Positions 1 to 6,177 of a DNA stretch of 7,528 nt are shown in pieces. This DNA comes from an uncultured Gammaproteobacteria bacterium (GTDB lineage Bacteria > Patescibacteriota > Patescibacteriia > UBA2591 > UBA6264), in the NCBI GenBank assembly GCA_964617525.1, contig CAZTWG010000022.1:1-7528 (forward strand), read 5' to 3'. The notes under the pieces were generated by a model, which saw only the letters and a program-made list of their open reading frames with translations, made no database searches and had not been told where the DNA came from. The stretch's first letter is position 1; the number at the start of each line of letters is the position of its first letter. Made by a program: the position numbers and the translations under genes.

Positions 1-1230
1 ACTTTTATCCAAATGCTTTCTTTGCCAAACGCAGATGAAGAAAAGATTGCTAGTAATTTTTTTACTATCCGTTTAATTTCTAGTATTATTCTCTTGTCTT
101 TTGCCCCTTTAATATCTTTGTTAATCCCTCAATATTCCCATATTGTTAAATTAGGTATTGCAATTACTTCTATTTCTTTTCTTTTTGGGTCATTGACTCA
201 GCTTTTAACTGGGTTTTTCCAGAAGAAGATGCAAATGCTAAAAGTTGCAATTGCGGAAATAATAAGTAAATTAGTCTTTGCGATACTGATGTATCTTGTT
301 GTTTATTTAGATCTTGGCTTTCTGAATATTTTAGGAGTCGTTGTCATAGGTGGTTTTGTAAATTTTATTTTACTTTATTCGTTTTCACGAAAATTTGTTA
401 AGATTTCTTTGCGATTTGATAAAATAATTTGGCGCGACGCCATTAAAAAAACGTGGCCGATTGGATTATCAATTATTTTGACTACAATTTATTTTAAGGG
501 CGATACTATTATCCTTTCTTTATTTAGGCCATCTCAAGAAGTAGGAATCTATGGTGCTGCTTATAGGATATTGGAAGCTTTAATTATGTTTCCACCAATT
601 TTTATGGGCTTGATTTTGCCACACTTGACTTTAGCGTGGGCCAACAAAGACATTTTTGCTTTTAAGTTAATTTTCCAAAAAGCATTTGATTTTTTTTCTA
701 TTATGACCGTGCCATTGGTGGTTGGTGTCTTGTTTTTAGCTAGACCATTAATGGTGTTTGTTGCCGGTCCAGAATTTGCTATTTCTGCGGAGCCACTTAA
801 AATTTTAGTTTTCGCAACAATGCTTATTTTCTTTGGGAGTTTATTTACTCATGTAATTGTTGCTATAAATAAACAACGAGCAATGCTTCGATTCTACGGT
901 TTAGCAGCAGTAGTTGCTTTGATTGGATATTTTATCTTTATCCCACATTATTCTTATTATGGAGCGGCTTGCGTGACTGTTGTTGCTGAGTTTATAATCA
1001 CCATATCTGCTTTTATAATAATTCAACGTACTACTAAAATTTTTCCTTCTTTGAGAATTTTTTTGCCAGTGATTTTATCTAGTTTGGTGATGGGATTTAT
1101 TTTATTTATTTTTAGTGAAGTTAATTTACTTTTATTAATTCTCTTGGCAATTATTGTCTATTTCTCGGCTTTATATTTATCAGGGGGCATAAATAAAAAA
1201 ATGATTAGAGATATAATTAAAACAAACTAG
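1..1230 (+). CDS. MOP/Wzx-type polysaccharide flippase-like integral membrane protein (5-prime partial)
   Basis: The frame is open from base 1 (TFIQ precedes the first ATG at 13), so the gene probably starts upstream of the window. The 405+ aa are almost entirely hydrophobic helices separated by short K/R-rich loops. The central segment GIYGAAYRILEALIMFPPIFMGLILPHL resembles Wzx/polysaccharide-biosynthesis (MOP superfamily) transporters. Stop TAG at 1228-1230 lies 1 nt before the next ATG, and the neighbour is a glycan-ligase-like gene. Family call is from recall, not a search. Confidence 0.6.
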   Translation, partial: TFIQMLSLPNADEEKIASNFFTIRLISSIILLSFAPLISLLIPQYSHIVKLGIAITSISFLFGSLTQLLTGFFQKKMQMLKVAIAEIISKLVFAILMYLVVYLDLGFLNILGVVVIGGFVNFILLYSFSRKFVKISLRFDKIIWRDAIKKTWPIGLSIILTTIYFKGDTIILSLFRPSQEVGIYGAAYRILEALIMFPPIFMGLILPHLTLAWANKDIFAFKLIFQKAFDFFSIMTVPLVVGVLFLARPLMVFVAGPEFAISAEPLKILVFATMLIFFGSLFTHVIVAINKQRAMLRFYGLAAVVALIGYFIFIPHYSYYGAACVTVVAEFIITISAFIIIQRTTKIFPSLRIFLPVILSSLVMGFILFIFSEVNLLLLILLAIIVYFSALYLSGGINKKMIRDIIKTN

Positions 1231-1231
1231 C

Positions 1232-2554
1232 ATGATTTATCCTCTTGTATTTTTTTCTATATTCTTTATTTGGTTAAGCTGGAATTATCAAAAATGGTCA
1301 TTATTTTTGATTTTAGCAATTTTGCCATCTTACCAGATTAGATTTCAGGCTTTTGGGATTCCTTTAACTTTTCTGGAAGTTTTGATTTTAATTTTATTCG
1401 CTGTTTGGTTTGTTAAAAAAATAAAACACAAACAATATCCTATTTTTGATTACAAAAAGTTAGGAATATGGTTTTGGTTACTTCTGTCATGGCTTCTAAT
1501 CTCAACAATAGTGATGTTTGTGTCCCCTGATCTACGAGCTGGAGCTGGCGTTTGGAAGGCATATTTTTTAGAACCAATTTTATTTCTTGTTGTGTTTTTA
1601 GATATAATAAGAAATAAAAAGGATTTAATATTGGCGATTAAAGCTTTGGTCTTCCCCGGTTTATTGGTTGTTTTTTATACTTTTTATCAAAAAATTATTG
1701 GTCAAGGGGTTTGGAGCACTGAAGTTTGGGGACAGCCAAAGATTTTAAGAGCAACTGGGTTATTCCCTCATCCTAATTTTCTGGGTTTATATATTGGCCC
1801 TTTATTCATATTGGGATTGGGATATATATTTTTGAGTTTCAAAAAAAATATTTTATCTATTATTAAAATTTTAGTCTTTTCAATATTATTTTTGGGTTCT
1901 CTTGTTTTTGCTAGGTCTGAAGGAGCAATCGTAGCTATTTTTATCGCTTTATTCTTTTGCGCCATGTTTTACAAACCAATCAGAAAATGGGCCTTAGTCT
2001 TGGTTTTAGTTTCTATTTTGTTTTTATCGTCTTCTTCTGCCCCGCGCCATTATTTAACAGAAAAAATATTTTTTCAAGACCTTTCCGGACGTTTGAGAAT
2101 TAATATTTGGAAAGGTGCTTTAGAAATGTTAAAAGAAAAGCCTATTTTAGGCGTAGGATTAAATGGGTATCGCGCTTTGGCCCCTCAATATCAAAAACGT
2201 TATTACGACAAAGATACTCAAGAATTAATTTCAGTTGAAACTCATCCTTATCCGCATAATTTGTTTTTAACGATTTGGTTGGAATTAGGGTTGTTGGGTT
2301 TAATTATTTTTTTCTTGATTCTTTTCCAATTTTTTAAACAAGGTCTTAAAAATTTTAAGAAGGAACCGATTTTAATTGGCTCAATTATGGGTGCGATGAT
2401 GGTTATCTTAATCCATGGATTAGTTGATACCCCATATTTTAAAAATGATTTATCAATTCTTTTTTGTATAATTATTGGAATGATGATAATTATATCACGG
2501 AGAGGTACCGAAGTGGTCATAACGGCATCGCCTCGAAAGCGATTGGTCCCGTAA
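1232..2554 (+). CDS. O-antigen ligase / Wzy_C-family polytopic membrane protein
   Basis: 440-aa multi-TM ORF. ARSEGAIVAIFIALFF and the periplasmic-loop segment ETHPYPHNLFLTIWLELGLLGLIIFF match by eye the RS..A and H.HN.(F/Y)L..l.E.G..G signatures of the O-antigen ligase/polymerase (Wzy_C) domain. There is no stop before the tRNA: the last 56 nt (2499-2554, peptide RRGTEVVITASPRKRLVP) read through the tRNA-Ser gene, so the true C-terminus is uncertain. Confidence 0.7.
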   Translation: MIYPLVFFSIFFIWLSWNYQKWSLFLILAILPSYQIRFQAFGIPLTFLEVLILILFAVWFVKKIKHKQYPIFDYKKLGIWFWLLLSWLLISTIVMFVSPDLRAGAGVWKAYFLEPILFLVVFLDIIRNKKDLILAIKALVFPGLLVVFYTFYQKIIGQGVWSTEVWGQPKILRATGLFPHPNFLGLYIGPLFILGLGYIFLSFKKNILSIIKILVFSILFLGSLVFARSEGAIVAIFIALFFCAMFYKPIRKWALVLVLVSILFLSSSSAPRHYLTEKIFFQDLSGRLRINIWKGALEMLKEKPILGVGLNGYRALAPQYQKRYYDKDTQELISVETHPYPHNLFLTIWLELGLLGLIIFFLILFQFFKQGLKNFKKEPILIGSIMGAMMVILIHGLVDTPYFKNDLSILFCIIIGMMIIISRRGTEVVITASPRKRLVP

Positions 2555-2589
2555 GGGGCACGTGGGTTCGAATCCCACCCTCTCCGCCA
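2499..2589 (+). tRNA. tRNA-Ser (anticodon CGA), class II with long variable arm, CCA encoded
   Basis: Cloverleaf folded by eye. Acceptor GGAGAGG (2499-2505) pairs with CCTCTCC (2579-2585). D stem CCG/CGG. Anticodon stem ATCGC/GCGAT with loop CTCGAAA (anticodon CGA at 2534-2536). Long variable arm (TGGTCCCGTAAGGGGCAC). T arm GTGGG-TTCGAAT-CCCAC. Discriminator G2586 and CCA at 2587-2589. Confidence 0.9.
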
Positions 2590-2657
2590 TTAAACCTCGC
2601 TAACGCTTCGCTTTGATTGGCTATATGCACTACACTTATATACTCAAAAGTTTAAAA
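2584..2657 (+). repeat. Left copy of imperfect direct repeat (att-like): last 6 nt of tRNA-Ser plus downstream sequence including the GIY-YIG gene start
   Basis: CCGCCATTAAAC (2584-2595) is identical to 6279-6290. After an indel (17 nt here vs 5 nt in the right copy), 2613-2657 matches 6296-6340 at 43 of 45 positions by hand alignment, including a 32-nt perfect run TTGATTGGCTATATGCACTACACTTATATACT. Confidence 0.85.
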
Positions 2658-2807
2658 CAAGACGAGGCCATTTGTATTGACTATACCAATGATTTGAAAT
2701 CAAGATTAACACAATATAATTTAAAACACACTGGTTATAGTAATAAATATTTACCATTGGGAGTAGAAAGCTATTTTGTGTTTGCAGAACAATTGCGCGC
2801 CCTCTGA
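2625..2807 (+). pseudogene. Truncated/degenerate small stand-alone GIY-YIG nuclease gene
   Basis: MHYTYILKSLKQDEAICIDYTNDLKSRLTQYN... aligns by eye to the small GIY-YIG (UPF0213/URI-type) pattern hY.YIL.s..d..lYIGyTnDLkrRl.eHN. However YIG reads CID and EHN reads QYN. The ORF stops at 2805-2807, about 14 nt after composition switches to GC-rich near 2791 and before the conserved C-terminal Glu-containing region. The ORF track starts it at TTG 2613; ATG 2625 fits the family N-terminus better. Confidence 0.6.
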
Positions 2808-2959
2808 AAAAATTCTAAAAAGGAAAGGGAAAATTTCTGATCAGTCCCTCTCTCCAAGTGTTCGGGCGATGCCACAGGGCTTTGCTCGGATGGCTCGGCA
2901 TTCCTTCTCCAGACCCTTTCCTGCCAAGCCGTCCTCGCTTCTGGTAGCGGGCAGGCAAT
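2791..2959. other. GC-rich non-coding block with short inverted termini (MITE-like unit or structured RNA; unassigned)
   Basis: Composition jumps abruptly inside the GIY-YIG ORF. The left edge ATTGCGCGCCCTC (2792-2804) matches the reverse complement of the right edge (ATTGCCTGCCCGC, from 2947-2959) at 10 of 13 positions. It contains local hairpins, e.g. CCTGCC (2920-2925) with GGCAGG (2950-2955). The + strand ORF 2776-2979 and a 49-codon minus-strand ORF show no recognisable protein features. Confidence 0.35.
2921..2959 (+). repeat. Left arm of 39-nt GC-rich inverted repeat bracketing the HTH/ATPase genes
   Basis: CTGCCAAGCCGTCCTCGCTTCTGGTAGCGGGCAGGCAAT matches the reverse complement of 6178-6216 (CTGCCAAGCCATCCTCGCTTTGGGAAGCAGGCGGGCAAT) at 33 of 39 positions by hand count. 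If the arms paired as RNA, that gives 33 Watson-Crick pairs, 2 G-U pairs and 4 mismatches. Weaker similarity extends outward (CCAGACCC at 2910-2917 vs reverse complement CCAGTCCC). Confidence 0.85.
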
Positions 2960-2997
2960 TATTTACAAAGACGCAATAACTTAGTATCATTTTAGTA

Positions 2998-3024
2998 TTG
3001 ATTGGAAATATTACTTATACCTAT
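2998..3024 (+). repeat. Possible third, degenerate copy of the direct-repeat core / GIY-YIG 5-prime end
   Basis: TTGATTGGAAATATTACTTATACCTAT matches TTGATTGGCTATATGCACTACACTTAT (2613-2639 and 6296-6322) at 19 of 27 positions ungapped, with the first 8 nt identical. It keeps the same frame (MIGNITYTY vs MIGYMHYTY in the ORF track). Downstream words shared with the right copy (ATTTTAA, TATT-AAATT, ATTAGTG) sit in the same order with small gaps. Short and AT-rich, so chance is not excluded. Confidence 0.4.
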
Positions 3025-3050
3025 TTTAATACTATTAAATTATTAGTGAA

Positions 3051-3248
3051 ATGGCAAACATTGCTGACGACATACGAAAGGCTCGAAAGAAAAAAGGGGC
3101 TATCGCTGGGCAAGCTCGCCCACGAGGCGGGCGTTGCATGCAACACGGTTGTGAAGATTGAATTAGAGAACAAAACCCCGAACATTAAAATTTTTGCGGG
3201 GTTGTCGCAAATGCATTAGATGTTTCCGTTAATGAGTTAATCAATTAG
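3051..3248 (+). pseudogene. XRE/Cro-type helix-turn-helix regulator with interrupted reading frame
   Basis: No single frame encodes the whole domain. Frame of ATG 3051 gives MANIADDIRKARKKKG and then hits TGA at 3159-3161. The frame of ORF 2998-3219 gives LSLGKLAHEAGVACNTVVKIELENKTPNIKIFAG, the helix-turn-helix core. The first frame then resumes at about 3198 with VVANALDVSVNELIN and stop 3246-3248. The switches fall in the A6G4 run (3091-3099) and the G4 run (3198-3201). Total length 198 nt is a multiple of 3. The stop lies 3 nt before the ATG of the 974-aa ORF. Confidence 0.65.
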
Positions 3249-3251
3249 CTT

Positions 3252-6176
3252 ATGGAAAACCCAAAATTTGAAGCACAATTCGCGGAAAGAAAAAAAACGC
3301 TCGAGTCTTCGCGAAAAGAAATTAACGAATTTCTCAAACAGGAAACTTTAGACCAGAGAGACAGGCTTAGGTTGACGCGTGTTTTGCAACTTGTAGAACG
3401 TTACCGACCGGAACGGGAAGGAGAGGGAGAAAAAGTTAATAAGTGGAAAACATATCTCGAAAGTGTTTATCGTCTTCTGCCAAATAGAAGGAAATCACAA
3501 AAACCGATTCAGAATATTTCTGCTCGCTCATATTTGCTTGCAGAAAAAACCATCGCCTCTTTACGCGATTTGAGGCACGTAGATTTTCAACTGGAAGAAG
3601 AAAGTGGTTTTTCGGAAGATGAAGTTTTAAATCAAGAAAGACCAAAAGAAGTAGAGCGTGAAGAAACGCTAGATACATCACTTACTCTTGAATACGAAAA
3701 GAAAAATTGGGGCGTAGAACGAATTTGTCTTGATGGTATACAAAATCACTTACCGTCCGACTCGAAAGGTGAACATGTTTGGGTACGATGTTTGGTTGAC
3801 GGCAAGTGGGTTACGCTCGATGAAGCAAGACAGAGAAAGGACAAAATAGAAGCTGTAAGATTTGCCGATGACGGCGTTGGATTTGATGTCAAAAATCTGA
3901 CTCTTTTGTACTCCACAAAATCGGGGGAAGAAGAGTCAAGCGGGCAGTTTGGAGAAGGCATGAAAATGATGGCCGCCGCCGCTCTTCGCGAAGGACTGGA
4001 GCCGGAGATGGAATCGCAAACATGGCGGGCAAAGCCAACCCCCAAAGAGGTTAAACTTTACGATACGCGACATAAAAAAGAGCAAGGCATTCAGCAACTT
4101 TCTTTTAAAGTTGAGCATCTGACGGGAGAACCAATGATTGGATCTCGTACCACTTTTAATAGGCCAACAGAGGCATTTGTTGACGAGCTAATGCAAATTG
4201 AGAAAAAGGTTTTGGCTTTGCGCGAAAACTATCGTCCCGCTTTTGTGGGAAGTACTGGAGAAATTGTTGACCGAGAATCCGGAGGATTATTTGTAAAGGG
4301 TATTTATGTGGCTGGAAAGAAAACGCTATTTTCTTATAACTTTGAAGATGTAGAAACTAACAGAGACCGCAATACAATAGTTTCTGAGGGCATAGAGCGA
4401 AGAATTGCTAGAATAGTCAGAGAAATTTCTGACAAGCGACTCGTTAAAACAATGTTGCAGAAAAGTATTTTGGAGCCCGGTGCAGTAGAAAGTTCGTATT
4501 ATAATTTTGAAGCTGAGTACCCGAGTGTTTGGATTGACGGGTTCCACGAAGCATTTGGTGGAGATGCAGTATTGGATACGGGTTTCAAAATCCCAGAGGC
4601 ATTAAACGACAAGCCGATTAACAAAGTCAAATTGCCCTCAGGTATGGCAAATTTACTTTTACGCGCAGGAATAAAAACTGACCGAGAAGCAACACCTGAT
4701 TTTTGGGATGAGACGATACCAACATCTTTGACTCTTGAATACGGAAAAGATATTTGGAACGAAGAAAGAATCTTACTCGACGCTGTACAAAATCATTTAC
4801 CGCATGACTCTGGTGGGTCAACCATTGGCTTACGTTTCAAAACGAAAGATGGGAAATGGCACCCGTTTTCTGAGTTACCAGATACTCCTGACCAACAGGT
4901 TCAGGCACTAAAAATTTATGATGATGGACGGGGATATGATTCCCGTTTGCTTGGCTTTTTCTACTCAACGAAAGGAGCAAGCGAAAGCACAGGAAAATTT
5001 GGTGAGGGGTTAAAAATGCTTTGTGTTGCTTCGCTACGCAAAGGTGTTGATATGACCTTGTGTTCACAAAACTGGTCTGCCAAACCGCGCGCGCTTAAGC
5101 AAGAAATAGACGGTGAAGAAATTGACCAGCTTGTTTTTGACGTAACGCACGCTGTTAAGAAACGGGAAATGGACGACGACAAAGGCATTTACCAAAGCAG
5201 TTCGACTACATTTTCAAACCCGACATTGGAATTGTTGCAGGAGTTTCGCCAAATAAACAAGAAAGTTTTGGCAATAGAAAAAACCAAGCCAGTCGAAAAA
5301 ACGCCAAACGGAGACGTCCTTTCGCTTGAAGGTGGAATGGTATATGTTCGCGAATTACTTATCCCTGGCGACCACAATTTGCTTTTTACTTATCATTTAC
5401 CAAGATTAGAGATTAAGAACAGAGACAGAAGTTTTGTTGATCAGCAAGAGCTTACTCCAGCCATCGCACAAATTTGGTCGCAAACCGAAAACCCCGAAGT
5501 TATAAAAAGCTTTTTGTTCAAAGCAAATCTTGAAGCACAAAAAGGTGGTGGAAAAGATAAAATAGAGTTTTCTATGGATTTTTCGCCAAAAGATAGAGAA
5601 AACTGGAAAAAGATTTTTGAGGAGATTTTTGGCGAGGATACGGCAATTCGTGATATGCGATCTGAAGATTATGACGCTATGCAACAGAATAAACACGTTG
5701 GTTTGGATCTTGTATCTTTTCCGTCGTCTGTTTATCGTGTTTTGCAAAGGCTGGGACTGCCAACTTATGAATCTCGTCTACAAGAAATGACTGACGTTGA
5801 GCATATTCCCGATGAGGAACTGACAGCCGAAGAGAAAGCGTTGATGGAAGTTTTGACGGCGATTGACGAATACCTACCGAACAATCGCCAATCTGATATA
5901 CACGTATACAAACGCAAGTCCGCGGGCCAAAAAGTTGCCGCCGGATATTCCGATGGGGTAAGCATTCACCTTTTGCGCGAGACATTAACAGATTTTACTC
6001 GCGCTGCTGATGTATATGTCCATGAAAAAACTCATCACAATACTGGTGGCTCGCAAGATGCAAGTTCTGATTTTAGAGATTATCTTACCTTCGCGTTGGG
6101 GAAACTTGCGCTTGATCAATTAAAAAAAGTCAGGCCGGATTTAATAAAGCCAGAAGCGCAAGGGAGCGAGCTATAG
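3252..6176 (+). CDS. 974-aa protein: N-terminal charged helical region, two tandem GHKL (Bergerat-fold) ATPase-like modules, C-terminal HExxH zincin-like domain
   Basis: Long uninterrupted ORF, so coding status is very likely. Module 1 (aa 137-476) and module 2 (aa 486-838) align along their whole length. Each carries LD.(I/V)QNHLP.D (N-box-like; D161/N165 and D510/N514). Each carries a G1-box-like motif (DDGVGF at 206-211, DDGRGY at 557-562). Each carries YSTK......G(Q/K)FGEG(M/L)KM (G2-box-like; 220-239 and 571-589) and (R/S)TTF(N/S).P. The tail has ...AAGYSDGVSIHLLRETL...VYVHEKTHH (HEKTH = aa 924-928, nt 6021-6035), resembling SprT/DUF45/ImmA-type minimal zincins. Domain calls are by eye; function is unknown. 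Confidence 0.75.
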   Translation: MENPKFEAQFAERKKTLESSRKEINEFLKQETLDQRDRLRLTRVLQLVERYRPEREGEGEKVNKWKTYLESVYRLLPNRRKSQKPIQNISARSYLLAEKTIASLRDLRHVDFQLEEESGFSEDEVLNQERPKEVEREETLDTSLTLEYEKKNWGVERICLDGIQNHLPSDSKGEHVWVRCLVDGKWVTLDEARQRKDKIEAVRFADDGVGFDVKNLTLLYSTKSGEEESSGQFGEGMKMMAAAALREGLEPEMESQTWRAKPTPKEVKLYDTRHKKEQGIQQLSFKVEHLTGEPMIGSRTTFNRPTEAFVDELMQIEKKVLALRENYRPAFVGSTGEIVDRESGGLFVKGIYVAGKKTLFSYNFEDVETNRDRNTIVSEGIERRIARIVREISDKRLVKTMLQKSILEPGAVESSYYNFEAEYPSVWIDGFHEAFGGDAVLDTGFKIPEALNDKPINKVKLPSGMANLLLRAGIKTDREATPDFWDETIPTSLTLEYGKDIWNEERILLDAVQNHLPHDSGGSTIGLRFKTKDGKWHPFSELPDTPDQQVQALKIYDDGRGYDSRLLGFFYSTKGASESTGKFGEGLKMLCVASLRKGVDMTLCSQNWSAKPRALKQEIDGEEIDQLVFDVTHAVKKREMDDDKGIYQSSSTTFSNPTLELLQEFRQINKKVLAIEKTKPVEKTPNGDVLSLEGGMVYVRELLIPGDHNLLFTYHLPRLEIKNRDRSFVDQQELTPAIAQIWSQTENPEVIKSFLFKANLEAQKGGGKDKIEFSMDFSPKDRENWKKIFEEIFGEDTAIRDMRSEDYDAMQQNKHVGLDLVSFPSSVYRVLQRLGLPTYESRLQEMTDVEHIPDEELTAEEKALMEVLTAIDEYLPNNRQSDIHVYKRKSAGQKVAAGYSDGVSIHLLRETLTDFTRAADVYVHEKTHHNTGGSQDASSDFRDYLTFALGKLALDQLKKVRPDLIKPEAQGSEL

Positions 6177-6177
6177 T

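Noticed and set aside
1768-2520. Minus-strand ORFs 1768-1965 and 2248-2520 inside the O-antigen-ligase-like gene
   Set aside because: These are K/I/N-rich mirror translations of an AT-rich membrane-protein gene. They have no start context or motifs, and one also overlaps the tRNA.
2776-2979. + strand ORF of 67 aa (MCLQNNCAPSEKILKRKG...) across the GC-rich block
   Set aside because: It starts inside the GIY-YIG ORF in another frame and runs through the inverted-repeat arm. Its composition is P/S/R/A-rich with no domain signature. It is most simply a by-product of GC-rich non-coding DNA.
2841-2990. Minus-strand 49-codon ORF (MILSYCVFVNNCLPATRSEDGLAGKGLEKECRAIRAKPCGIARTLGERD) in the GC-rich block
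   Set aside because: It is short with no RBS or recognisable family. Its similarity to the post-stop translation at 6177-6257 (CPPASQSEDGLAAG) is fully explained by the DNA-level inverted repeat.
2998-3219. Treating ORF 2998-3219 (73 aa, TTG start) as one intact CDS
   Set aside because: Its N-terminal 16 codons look like a GIY-YIG gene-start remnant, and it lacks the final HTH-domain helix. That helix is clearly encoded in another frame up to 3248. A frame-disrupted XRE gene at 3051-3248 explains the data better.
3436-5985. Ten antisense ORFs (60-113 aa) listed on the minus strand inside the 974-aa gene
   Set aside because: All lie opposite a long motif-rich + strand ORF. Their translations are low-complexity (S/R/L/F-rich) with no recognisable motifs. 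Long antisense ORFs are expected by chance in the GC-richer insert.
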